A stretch of 64,000 nucleotides of DNA from Octopus bimaculoides. Taxonomy: Eukaryota. This document shows, one piece after another, positions 51,196 to 63,985 of the stretch (the stretch's first letter is position 1; every line of letters begins with the position of its first letter). The stretch is taken from contig NC_069001.1 in assembly GCF_001194135.2 (NCBI RefSeq), positions 34,883,979 to 34,947,978 on the forward strand. Reading direction: 5' to 3'. The position numbers and the translations under genes were made by a program. Below the pieces are notes generated by a model that ran no database searches, had not been told where the DNA came from, and saw nothing but the letters and a program-made list of their open reading frames with translations.

Positions 51196-51769
51196 TAATT
51201 ATTTTTTAATTCTGTGTTCAAATTCCGCCACGGATTTGTACTCAGAAATAAGTAAAGAACGACGTTTACCTTTCATTATTCTGGTAAAGTCGCTGAACAA
51301 TAAACACTGAGTACTCATCAAAAATTGGAGAGTTTTGTCGTCTGATTGAATTGACGACCTTATTATTTCCCATTCGTACGGTCTTCTTCGTAAGTTAAAA
51401 ATCGATTAAGGGATGACACATTCTGAAAATTGGTCGAGCATCAGTTAAAACAAACAAAAAAAAAAAAAATAAAAAAGAAAGGCCTTGCGGTATATAGTTA
51501 CGGCTCTTTATGTTCCGAGTTCAAAACAAGTCAGAATCGATAAAACAAGTACCAGTGATTACCCGAGGCATTACATTTTTTTTTTATTTCCCTCGTCTTA
51601 ATAAAATGGCAGCAATGATAGGAAGGAAGAAATTGGTTGTATTCTAATGATTTCCACGTTCAAATCCTGCCCGGGGGAGCTCTTTCATATTGTAACCCTT
51701 TGGGTGGGAAGGAGTCGATATTCTAAGTACCAGCTAAGTACTACTAGAAGTCGATTTTATCGACTGGAA

Positions 51770-51803
<34 letters not shown>

Positions 51804-52916
51804 ATCTGTCTGTCTGCATCACTTTCTCCCTTTCTCTCTCTCTTTCTGTATGTGTGTGTGTGTGTGTGTGTGTCTCGCTCTCTCTCTCTCTCTCTCACTT
51901 TCTCTTTGTGTATGTATATGTACACATGCTTATCTTCGCTTTTATCTCTCTCTTTCTTCCTATCTCAACATCTCTTTCTAATCTACCTGCATCTTTTTCT
52001 ATACATTTACATGTCTGTCTCTCTTTCTCTCTCTCTCTCTCTACCTACCTATCTATCTATCTATCTGAATGTGTGTGTGCATGTTTAGTCTTCACAGCTT
52101 CTCTCTGTCACCTCCCTCTCTCCTCCCTCTTTGTCACCCTCTCAAATAAGTCTCCCCCTCTATTTTTCAAATGTCTACTCTGTCTCCTCTCTTCTCTCAC
52201 CACCCCCACTACGCCATTCCGCCACTTGTCACCCTCCCTCGCTATGACTAACTTATACCATTTCTTTCTTTCCTTTCTTTCATTTTACCGTCTCCACCCC
52301 CCACTTCTATTTAATAAATATATTTGGTTAACCCACTCACCGCCTCCATCGTAACAATAGTTTCTCCCCACTCCCCATCACTGCTAACATCATCATCACC
52401 CCCACCCCACCGCCATTCATAGTCTTTCCGCTCCCACCGTCACCACCACCGTCATCATTTATACAACTTTGTCTGACGCATGCACACATGCATACACACA
52501 CACACACACACACACTTTTGATGGGATGGTTGGTTTTTTTTTCATCAGCCAATCCAGTTGTCCCAAGACCGGGTAGAGTTGAAGAACTCTTTTGAAAGAG
52601 ACGGAAAGAACGTGAAGAGATTGAGTAAGAGGGGAAGGACGGGAGAGAAAGAGTGACAGAGTGTGTGTGAGAGAGGGAGAGTAAGTGCGAGGGGGGGAAA
52701 GCTAGAGAGTGAATGAGTGAAGGAGAGAAAGAGAGAGAGAAAAAGAGAAGAGAAGAAAGAAAGAGCGCAGAAAACAACTGAACAGACAGCAGACTCTGTG
52801 GAATCGGTAACAACAGTGTGTGGTGATTGAACAACAGTAAATACACACACAAACTTGTACACTCGCTCATATATATACATAATTCCATATATCTTTCTAT
52901 CTATTTATCTATCACG

Positions 52917-52979
<63 letters not shown>

Positions 52980-54392
52980 ACTAACACAATATTCGGAAGA
53001 ATTGAAAGAAAGAAATGAAAATTTATGAAAGAAAAGTAACTGTTAATGCATAAAAGCCACAACTTCCTTCTAGTCTGCTGTTAAAAGAAAAACACGGAAA
53101 CAAAACATAATAATATCTAAGCAACAATATCTTCGCTTATCAGTGGAGATTTATAAATAATATCGCCAGCCGAAGTAACATGTTGGATGGAACCGGCGTC
53201 CACGACTCTGTTATTATGTTGATTACATTAAGTAGCTTATAAAGAAAGTATTGTGTGTTTTGTCATCACTAGGATTATGATGACGATGGTGATGAAGATG
53301 ATTACAATGATGAAGTTGACAAAGTCAGTGTTGTTGGATGTTACGATTATTCGAGTTACGGAATTTTAATACGTTCTAAAAGAGGTAAACCATTTTCATA
53401 CGTCTGCACACAAACACACGCATACAAGTGAACTTATCCAAGTGAACATTTGTGTTTGTCTGTCTATCTATTTATCTATCTATCTATCTATCGATCTATC
53501 ACTATTTCTCTGTCTATCTATCTATGTATCTATCTGTCTGTCTGTCTAGCTGTGTCTCTCTTCGTTTCAGTCAGCATAAATTCTTTTCCTGTATCCGAAA
53601 TGTGTGTGTATGCGGAACTTTTACAAGGAAAAAGTTGACACTGGCTTCGAAGTTACTGTCAACTTTTTTTCCCTTGTAAAAGTTGAATAAACGTGTACAG
53701 TACTAAAAAGATTTGAGTAAGAATTAATTTTAATAAGTGATTTTTTTCATAATATAACTCGACATAAAAGAAAAAAATTATATATACATACCTAGATACA
53801 TATACACATATATACACACATACAGATATATGTAATTACACGTATAGAATGTATTTGCGGATACATATGTCTGTGTGTGTGTGTGCGTTTCCCAAGTTAT
53901 CGAACAGGAAAAATCAAAGAAAAGAAGAATTTCACACACACACATACCTCTACTTTTATTGAGAATTTATAGAGAACTTTCTCCTTCAATGCAACAATCT
54001 GGGTGTGTGTGTGTGTATGTGTGTATATATATATATATATATAATTATTACAATTAAAAGGGTAAAGGTTTATCAATTTATTAATTTATTAATAAATCAA
54101 CAATTAATAATTTTTACCAAGCCCTTCGGTATGTAAACACCATTATCGGTGGAGAACTTATTTAAACGTTCTTATACATTTATAAACATAATTAAGGGAT
54201 CAGCAAACATTTGCTTCACCACATACCGAAGTTCAGAAATAGCAGCTAAAAAAGCTGAGACTCNNNNNNNNNNNNNNNNNNNNNNNNNNNNNNNNNNNNN
54301 NNNNNNNNNNNNNNNNNNNNNNNNNNNNNNNNNNNNNNNNNNNNNNNNNNNNNNNNNNNNNNNNNNNNNNNNNNNNNNNNNNNNNNNNNNNN

Positions 54393-54428
<36 letters not shown>

Positions 54429-55369
54429 TATATATATATATAGATATCTTTAGAGAGGGAGAGAGTTATAGTGACGCAGACAGGGCAAATAGAACTCAAA
54501 ATATGGATATATGTATATTTTTATTAATATTTTAGCAGAAGTAACAGGCTGACTCGAGGTTTGGGAGTTTCGTGCATTACACACACACGCGCATACACAT
54601 TTCTTTAACATGAACAGTAGTGACACTGGCTTCGAAGTTTCGGCCAACTAAGTCGTCATTGGACTGGCCGAAAACTTCGAAGTTACTGTCAGTACCATTC
54701 ATGTTATAAAATAATTCTGTACTCTACCAAATGTATTGAATAATACTTCAGTTTAATGTAAAAGTGTTTTTATGATAACTTAAACACACACACACATACA
54801 TGTCTACATTATCAAGCTATCTATCTATCTATCTAGCTAGCTATATATTTTTCTATTTATCTGTTGGTCTACCCTATCTATCTATCTGTCTGTCTATTTA
54901 TCTATCTATCTAGCTAGCTGGCTAGCTATATATTTTTCTATTTATCTGTTGGTCTATCCTATCTATCTATCTGTCTGTCTATTTATCTATCTGCCTATCT
55001 ATCTATTTAATATCTATCTATCCAACACAAGCATAGCGAAGCTAACCAGCGAACAAACTGCAACACACACACACACACACACACACCGATATGCATTGCA
55101 TGCTCCAACGTTCAGCGAAAAGTGTGCAGTAAACTTGATAACTTTTTGATAAACTTAAAACACATCTTTTACGTCAATTGATATTTTCATCTCGTGTATA
55201 TTCGTTTTGTTTCATTTGATACGTTATGTTTAAACGGTTTTCAAAACATCAATATAATAATATACATACATCAATTTAATCTAGTTATCTTAATAGCTAT
55301 TGATTGAAGGAACGGAAGAAAAAACTGTTTTTTCTCCATCTCTTTCTGTGTGCGAGTGTGTGTGTACAT

Positions 55370-56129
55370 ACATACATCATACATACATACCTATGTACGT
55401 ACGTATGTATACACACACACACACACACATACACACACGTAAATATATACATATATACGAATTAAAATATATAGTTACGCATATATCTACGCACACACAT
55501 GCATGTATTTGTATATATGTAATATATATATCTATGCATATATATGTGTGTATATGTATTGCATGCATATATATGTAGCTATACACTTGTATATGAATGT
55601 TATATATATATTTATATATACATATATATGTGTGTGTATACCTACAATATACATATATATATATATTGTAGCTATTGTATGTGTCCTTATATATTGCATA
55701 TATATGTGAAAGTTTGTATATGCATATATGTTTATATGTATTAAATGCGTATATGTAAACTATGTATGAGTGTGTGTGCGTATATATATAATATACATAT
55801 ACAGACGCGTAAGTATATATATGTATTTGTGTACACACATACATACATATATAATATATGCGTGTGTGTGCACGTATTATAGTAAATACATGTTCGTACA
55901 TATGTATATATGCATAAATATATATATGTCTGTTTAAGCGCGTGTGTATCCTATATGTATACATGTGTATATACATTTATATATATATATATATATACAT
56001 CTATATACATCTATATATAGCTGCATATACGTACAATATAGTTATGCATGTATATGAATGTATATATATATATGTGTGAGTCTTTCGATATATATATCAA
56101 TAGTTATACTGTATCGGGCTATGTATGAG

Positions 56130-56173
<44 letters not shown>

Positions 56174-56300
56174 CCGTATGGTTATATGTATATGTATGTA
56201 CATATGGAGAAGTGTGTATGCGTATATTTGTATACGTATGTATGTACGCATAATAAATAGTAATGTGTGTATAATCATATCTGTGTGTATAATCATATCT
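55370..56300. repeat. Long TA/CA/TG low-complexity tract
   Basis: Alternating purine-pyrimidine mosaic; source of the I/Y/C/V/H-rich ORFs. Confidence 0.92.
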
Positions 56301-57143
56301 TAGATATGTTTAAATGCATGCATGAACATTCACGTATTCGCGCATGTTTATACATCTATACACCTTTCTTTATCTTATATATATTTATTTGAATAGCTTA
56401 CCTCTTCATTCTCTCTCTTTCTGTCTTCCTATCCATCTATCTATCCTTTTGTATGTCTCTTTGTAATCTATATATGTGTGTGCATTTAACTAGATCTATG
56501 CGAGTGTGTGTGTGTGTATGCATGTGTATAGACCTCTATTGATCTTTTCATAGCGATCTAGTACTTTCTTTCTATCAATGTTATAGTGTTGCGTATTCAT
56601 TACATAATCTCTCAACTTATCATTTCTTAATAAAACTGAACACAACGTCATATCGAGTCTTGCCCAGGCCCATCGAGTGCCGGTTTCGAGTCGTAGTTTC
56701 ACGACGTTTTAGTTTTACTTTTAAGGTCATTAAATATTTCATGTCTTGCTTCAGAGAAAGGCTTCGATCAATGCCTTTTTCACAAGGCTTCGGTAACTGG
56801 CAGCGATGTACAAACAAGTTATTCATTTTATTGTGCCGTTGCTGAAGGCAAGAAAATCGTGTCTTCTCTTAACGTTCGCTATTAATCGAAACTAACTTCC
56901 GGTGTTTTCGGATCAGATCCGGCTTTAAACCAGGTTTGATTCCCAGGTATTTGCTATTTGATTCTTTTGGAGCTTCGGCAATTTTTCGGTATCAGTAGAC
57001 GACGTCATTCACTCACGCACCGTGCCCTCGTGACATAGATTTTAAGAGGCTAAGGTGAGTAAGAGGGTGAATGACGTCGCCTATTAATACCGAAAGATTG
57101 CTCATTTCTTTGTTTTTGTAATCTCTGAGGTGTTCATTACTAT

Positions 57144-57549
57144 TTATTACTTGTTTCAGTCATTGGACTGCAGCCATGCTGGAGTACTGCTTTAAATAGG
57201 CTTCGTCGAACGAATAGACCCAGTATTACCTTTCTTTATTTAAAGCGTACTTATTTCATCTGCCTGTTTTGGTGAATCGCTAAGTTACAGGGACGTAAAC
57301 AAACCAACAAGCGGTGGGATTGACACACGTACACACACGCATACGAACACACACACACACAACCACACACATTTATATAATGTACACGATGGGCTTCCAC
57401 ATAGTTTCCGTCAACCAAAAAAGTTCACTCGCTCAGTATTGGACGGGACGGGGCTGTAGTAGAAGATACTTACCCAAGGTGCCAAGCGCAAGGGATTGAT
57501 CTTGAAACCAGGTGGTTGCGAAGCGAGTTTCTTAACCGACACAAACATG
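57144..57549 (-). mobile_element. Diverged full-length SINE family B
   Basis: TTACTTGTTTCAGTCATTGGACTGCAGCCATGCTGGAG ... TACTTACCCAAGGTGCC ... GAAACCAGGTGGTTGCGAAGC. Confidence 0.85.
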
Positions 57550-57650
57550 CCTGGGCCTTCGATAGCAGCGTCTCTTTTTCTTTCTTTCTTTCTTTTTTTT
57601 TTTCTAATAAAAATCAATAAAGGTTCATCAACACTTGTATGTGTATACAA

Positions 57651-57848
57651 ATGGCGAGCTGGCAGAGACGTTAGCGCGCCGGGCGAAATACTTTGCAGTA
57701 TTTCTTCTGTCTTTATGTTCTGAGTTCAAATTCCGCTGAAGTCGACTTTGCCTTTCGATAAATTAAGTACCAGATGTGTACTGGGATCGATCTAATCGAC
57801 TAGCCCCTCCCCCAAAATATCAGGCCTTGTGTCTAGAATAGAAAAGAA
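57651..57848 (+). mobile_element. SINE family A
   Basis: GGCGAGCTGGCAGAGACGTTAGCGCGCCGGGCGAAAT head; tail GGCCTTGTGTCTAGAATAGAAAAG. Confidence 0.9.
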
Positions 57849-58031
57849 CATTTGTATGTGTATGTTTGTAGCCTGATGGGATGTGATATGCAGAAATGAT
57901 TGATTATCGATTGCAAGAACCGAAAAAGCCATCAAGGATGTTCGAACTCGATGAGGGACCCTCGGCACAGTCTCTCAACCTGATAGAATAGCAACTTAAA
58001 ATCTTGCTCAAATGGAAATGACACTTTAAAT

Positions 58032-58269
58032 CTGGGGTTCTCAACGAAAGTTCGTCTGCCCCTCGGGGGACCATAGAAGATTTTGTTGCTAAAATTTATC
58101 TCCAATAGATTGATTATACTTCTTCCATACACCAAACATTTCATGTTTTTATACAGTTCCTAATTAATATTTAATCATAAAAATGTCATAGAATGACTAT
58201 GAGGCCCCACCCGTGTAAGATAGGAATCCAAGGTGTCCGTCGATAAAAGAAAAAGGGTGAGAATCGCTG
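58032..58269 (+). mobile_element. Complete but degenerate hAT-type MITE
   Basis: Termini CTGGGGTTCTCAAC / GTGAGAATCGCTG; flanking 8-mers CTTTAAAT (58024-58031) and CATTAAAT (58270-58277) match at 7 of 8 positions, consistent with an 8-bp hAT TSD. Confidence 0.75.
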
Positions 58270-59298
58270 CATTAAATAGTGTAGTTTGTTTTCCTATAAA
58301 CGTGGAATGGTCATCAGTCATATATGTCTTAGCTATATATGACAGATGAAGCCGCTTATTGTGACCAATTTGGAGCGGTACCTTTTCATTAGCAATAACT
58401 TGGTTGATAACATTAAGCAGAGGATATAACTAATGCCCTGAGCGTGGTTTTAAGATTTACCAATTTTGATAAGAATAACCGTTTGTCACCATTGATAATA
58501 ATCATTGATGTTAATCGGCGTAACCAGGGCCGAGTTCGGGGCCAATGAACCCCTAACAACGATTTACTACAACTTTTACTACAACCACCACCACCACAAC
58601 TACTACTAGTAAGTACTACTATTAGCCAGTAAGGTATCCTCTACGTAGTCGCTAAACGTACTAGAAATAGCTGTCACATTGTCCTCACATTACATCCTTC
58701 TATTTCGCAAAAAAGACAGAACATGTCAGAAGAAAAATATAGAATTGGTACGGTTGGAGCGCTTTTGATCGTAGATCCGATTCAACAGAACTTATCTTGG
58801 GCTTAACAACATGTACTACTACTACCATCACCACCACCATTATTACTAATAATAATTAGTACTACAAGGTCGCTGTACTACTATCTATTACTAACTAGAA
58901 CTTGACTGATGGTTTCTTTATGGATTCGGGGGAAGGTTAAAAGCGAAGTCGAGATTGAAGTGATTTGAACCCATGAACGCAGAGCACCAGAAGAAATATT
59001 CTGTTCCCAAAACATTGTATCGAATCTGCTCTAGCGATATTGCTAAGTCGCCGCCAATTACAAGACAATTGCTGGAGATTATTTGGTCATGAAGATATTG
59101 ACCCAGAAGGAACGGCACAATTTCAGTCATCTCTCGCTTTCTTGGTAACTTTTCTTCCTTCCCTCCCTCCCACCTCTCTCTCTCTCTCTCGCTATCTCCA
59201 TTTTATAAAACCTGAAACAAGCATCAATACATGTATATAATGATTGCTCGTTCATGGACCCCACAGACAGAAGTTCTTGCACACACACACACACATTT

Positions 59299-59334
<36 letters not shown>

Positions 59335-59498
59335 ACACACACATTTAATCGCATTGAGGCAATTGCTTATTATGAATGTGAATCTATTCAAACGTATACA
59401 CAAATACCGGAATATGGATAAATACAGAACATGCAATGGTGATGCAAACAGGAAGAGAAACTCAACAAAACAGAAATATTTATGCCAGAACAGACAAC

Positions 59499-59600
59499 GG
59501 GAGCTTGGTGCAGCCCCTGGCCTTATCAGCTCCAGTCCAACCGTCCGACCCATATCGTCATGGAAAACGGACGTTAAATGATGACGATGGTGATGTGATG
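59499..59600 (+). mobile_element. 3' tail of another retroposon family (G) ending in (GAT)n
   Basis: GCTTGGTGCAGCC...CCGTCCGACCCATATCGTCATGGAAAACGGACGTTAAATGATGACGATG; recognised from memory as a common octopus repeat tail; single copy here. Confidence 0.5.
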
Positions 59601-59799
59601 ACATATATATATGAAGAGAAAGAGAGATGTATATAACTATTAATCGATAGTATGGTTGGGACGAAACTCTCGGCTCTTGAGTTACTCTCTTACTTCTACC
59701 GTTTGTTCGACTAAGCCTATTTAAAGCAGTACTCCAGCATGGCCGCAGTCCAATGACTGAAACAAGTAATAAACAAAAATATCAAAACTATATAGCTAC

Positions 59800-59852
<53 letters not shown>

Positions 59853-60071
59853 ATACTGATTTGTGAGAGAGAGAAAGAAAGAGGGGGGGGTGCAGAGAGT
59901 ATTGCTACATGCATTCATATATTCCCACATTCAAACACTCCTACATGTCTTTCTGCGGTTTATAACTCCATGTCACGACATTATCAAATGTATTATAAAC
60001 CAATCAACACACACACACACACACATCATGGAAATATTTTCAATTAAATGGAGAAGTGGTTTAACACCACG

Positions 60072-60330
60072 TTCATCACCATTTCTTCTTCTTCTTCTCC
60101 TTTTTCTTCTTCTTCTTTTTCTTCTTCTTCTTCTTCTTCTCCTTCTTTTTCTTCTTCTTCTCCTTCTTTTTCTTCTTTTTCTTTTTCTTTTTCTTTTTCT
60201 TCTTCTTCTTCTTCTTCTTCTTCTTCTTCTTTTTCTTCTTCTTCTTCTTCTTTTTCCTCTTTTTCTTCTTCTTCGTCTTCTTCGTCTTCTTCTCCTTCTT
60301 TTTCTTCTTCGTCTTCTTTTTCTTCTTCTT
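60072..60330. repeat. (CTT)n-based polypyrimidine tract followed by CAT/CGT/ACT trinucleotide blocks to about 60660
   Basis: Directly visible; explains the poly-E, poly-S and poly-L ORFs. Confidence 0.95.
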
Positions 60331-60401
60331 TATTGTTACTGAGTTTTGTCATTGCTGTTTGCTGCAGTGCAAAAGACAGAAAAGACCACCACCACTACCG
60401 T

Positions 60402-60436
<35 letters not shown>

Positions 60437-61042
60437 TACCACTACCGTCATCACCATCACCACCAGCATCATCGTACTCATCATCATCACTTATTGTTTA
60501 ATATCACAGCATCAATCGTTTGCCATTATGATTCTTATCGTCGTCGTCGTCGTCGTCGTCGACATGAGTTTCAAAATTAATTCTACTACTACCACCACTA
60601 CCACCACTACTACTACAACTACTACTACTACAACACCTCACCATCGCTGCCGCCTCCGCCGCTGTTCTTTTTTGTTGTTGTTAGTTATTCAGTTATAGGA
60701 TACAATACCGGAGATTGTCGCCTTAGGGATCAAATTATATAACTAACTGCTAATAATCGATCCCCGATAAATTTCCTATTTGTGTCAATATCTGCATGTG
60801 TTTATCCATCTGTGTGTGTGTTGGTAAATTTGAACGCATGTACATACGTATTTATATAGATTGCATGTATATGTATTATATGTGTGTGTGTGTGTGTGCA
60901 TACAATCATACACACACACATAATCACACTTAGCACGTACATACACACAATAACACACACACATGTATGTGTGTGTGTGTTTTTGTGAAATTCTGTCTCG
61001 ATTTGTTTGGTCTGATAGTCCCTCCTATATTTGGTTTTATTC

Positions 61043-61096
<54 letters not shown>

Positions 61097-62060
61097 CTAA
61101 TTGTAATATTTAAGCTAGGCAACGAATTGACAGAATCCTTAGAACTTCAGGTATAATGATGATAATAATAATAATAATAAAAATGATTGTTTCAGGTTTT
61201 GGCTCAAGGCCAGCAATTTCAGGGAAATAGTACGTAGATTGCGTCGGACCCAGTGATTAACTGGTACATCGACACCCGCCTCCCAAAAGAAAAAAAACAA
61301 AGTTGAAAGGTAGAGTCGACCCCGGTGGAATTTGAANNNNNNNNNNNNNNNNNNNNNNNNNNNNNNNNNNNNNNNNNNNNNNNNNNNNNNNNNNNNNNNN
61401 NNNNNNNNNNNNNNNNNNNNNNNNNNNNNNNNNNNNNNNNNNNNNNNNNNNNNNNNNNNNNNNNNNNNNNNNNNNNNNNNNNNNNNNNNNNNNNNNNNNN
61501 NNNNNNNNNNNNNNNNNNNNNNNNNNNNNNNNNNNNNNNNNNNNNNNNNNNNNNNNNNNNNNNNNNNNNNNNNNNNNNNNNNNNNNNNNNNNNNNNNNNN
61601 NNNNNNNNNNNNNNNNNNNNNNNNNNNNNNNNNNNNNNNNNNNNNNNNNNNNNNNNNNNNNNNNNNNNNNNNNNNNNNNNNNNNNNNNNNNNNNNNNNNN
61701 NNNNNNNNNNNNNNNNNNNNNNNNNNNNNNNNNNNNNNNNNNNNNNNNNNNNNNNNNNNNNNNNNNNNNNNNNNNNNNNNNNNNNNNNNNNNNNNNNNNN
61801 NNNNNNNNNNNNNNNNNNNNNNNNNNNNNNNNNNNNNNNNNNNNNNNNNNNNNNNNNNNNNNNNNNNNNNNNNNNNNNNNNNNNNNNNNNNNNNNNNNNN
61901 NNNNNNNNNNNNNNNNNNNNNNNNNNNNNNNNNNNNNNNNNNNNNNNNNNNNNNNNNNNNNNNNNNNNNNNNNNNNNNNNNNNNNNNNNNNNNNNNNNNN
62001 NNNNNNNNNNNNNNNNNNNNNNNNNNNNNNNNNNNNNNNNNNNNNNNNNNNNNNNNNNNN

Positions 62061-62545
62061 CGGCATTTCTTCCTTGCTATACGTTCTTCTGAGTTCAAAT
62101 TCCGCCGAGGTCGACTTTGCTTTGCATCCTTTTGCAGTCGATAGATTAAATGCCATTTGAGCTGAGCGTCGGTATCGATGTAATCGATTATCCCCTCCCC
62201 CAAAATGTCATGCCCTGTGCCTGCAGCAGGAAGAAATATTTATGCAAGGCGGTGAGGTGGCGGAATCGTTAGCATGCTGTGCGGCATTTTTTTTTTTGCT
62301 TTGCGTTAGGCGCTCAAATTTCACTGAAGCTCACTTTGCCTTTTATTCTTTCGGGGTCGATAAAAGAAGTACCAATTGAGCATTAGGGTCAGTGTAATCG
62401 ACAAACATCTTCCCTACAAGAATTCAGGTCTTGTGCCCAGAGTAGAGACGATTATTTTTCGTGCTGGCAGAATGGTTAGCGCGTCTGGCAAAATGCTTTA
62501 CGGCATTTCTTTCGGCTTTTGACAGTCTATGTTCCAATGTCGCCG
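62061..62545 (+). mobile_element. Three consecutive family A SINE copies or fragments
   Basis: Starts near 62061 (headless, after gap), 62247 and 62460. Confidence 0.8.
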
Positions 62546-62761
62546 TGAGTGTCTCTGACTGTTTGCGACTTCACAGGCATCTGAAACAATTAGAGAAAGA
62601 ACGGTACATATTACAAAGCCATAGTCGTGAGTAACGGGTGGCTATACTTGTACGGAATGTTGCTTCAACCATTGTCCATCCATATCAGGGATGTTCCCAT
62701 GTTATTTTACTACATGTAATGTTCCTTGCTCGTTCCGTTTGAAGAATAGTATATACAGATT

Positions 62762-63062
62762 GTGAAAGCGCGTGGTTTAGTGGTCAGCGTTTTCGGCACG
62801 CGATCGTAAAGTCACGAGTTGCATTCCTGGCAGCGCAGGACACTTTATTTCACGCTGCTCCAGTCTGCTCAGCTAGCAAAAATGAATTGTGCTTGTAATT
62901 CGAAGGGCCAGCCTTGTCGGATTCTGTGTCGCACTAAATCTCCTTTAGGACGACGTTAAAGGCCCTAATGTCTGTAGAGTGATCAACCACTTTAATTTTA
63001 CGAGCTGGCTGTTCCGTTGATCGGAACAGCTGGAACATTTGTCGTCGTAACCGAGGAAACCC
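62762..63062 (+). mobile_element. Diverged SINE family D
   Basis: GTGAAAGCGCGTGGTTTAGTGGTCAG head; colinear with 11506-11825. Confidence 0.8.
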
Positions 63063-63789
63063 AGTTTTACAGATGACTGACCTAGGGATTAACTTCCGCC
63101 CATTTGGCCAGTTACTAACTTAAAACTTGACACGTAAAGTTACACTTATTTCCCATTGTTCCGCAAGAATATATCAGTAAAATAATTATTGTCGTGTTGC
63201 TTTATTTCGGTGATGCTCTATGCTAATTTTTCCTCCGTTTCGTAGTTAACGTTTTTGTTTCATTTACCCCCTGGTAATTTTTTGAAAGTAAATTTACCCC
63301 CAATCTGTTTTGCTAAGTAATATGAGTTTTACACTTGTACCATAATCAAACAACCGACAAAGACGAAATTTAAAATGCTCTTTTTAAACATTATTATTTT
63401 AAGTTCAAATAACAATAAAAATAGCAACACATGACTCTGTTATTTCGTTTATTTCAGCACTAATGACGAACAGATACCAGAACTAAATACAGTCTTCTGC
63501 GTTAGTCTATTCCATTAACACCAACACAGTAATTAAGAAGCGTACAATAGGGAATGTTAAATCCAAAACGATAGAAAGGAGCAAAAATTTAATATTTTTT
63601 TCACAAAATAAGCGTAATTCAGATTTTCGTCTCAGAATGCATAGCAGTATTTCTTCCGTCTCTACATTCTGAGCTCAAATTTTGATCCTGTCGACTTGGC
63701 TTTTCATCATTTCGAGGGCGATGAAACTCAGAATAGAGCGACGGGCGAAATACTGCTAACGTCCAGCATTTCTGCCAGCTCGCCGCCTA

Positions 63790-63819
<30 letters not shown>

Positions 63820-63822
<3 letters not shown>

Positions 63823-63985
63823 CTTTTCCACTATAGGCACAAGGCCTGAAATTTTGGGGGAGAGGGCCGGTCGATTAGATCGACCCCATTACACAACTGG
63901 TATTTAATTTATCGACCCCGAAAGGATGAAAGGCAAACTCGACGTCTGTGGAATTTGAACTCAGAACGTAGCGGCAGAATTTCAA
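63820..63985 (-). mobile_element. SINE family A, 5'-truncated
   Basis: CTATAGGCACAAGGCCTGAAATTTTGGGG...TTTATCGACCCCGAAAGGATGAAAGGCAAA...GGAATTTGAACTCAGAACG. Confidence 0.88.

Noticed and set aside
52549-52624. Possible 76-bp internal exon (TTTCATCAG acceptor, GTAAGA donor, frame PIQLSQDRVELKNSFERDGKNVKRL)
   Set aside because: No recognisable homology, and such signals arise easily by chance next to low-complexity DNA.
8931-56303. ORFs rich in HT, CV, YI, LS or RE dipeptides
   Set aside because: Direct translations of CA/TG, TA and GA microsatellites.
60044-60698. Poly-Glu, poly-Ser, poly-Leu and poly-His ORFs
   Set aside because: They arise from (CTT)n and (CAT)n tracts that are open in several frames on both strands; there are no splice or start signals.
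520-62203. Long ORFs in the track that contain X-runs
   Set aside because: They span N-gaps, where stops cannot be seen; the flanking residues are microsatellite translations.
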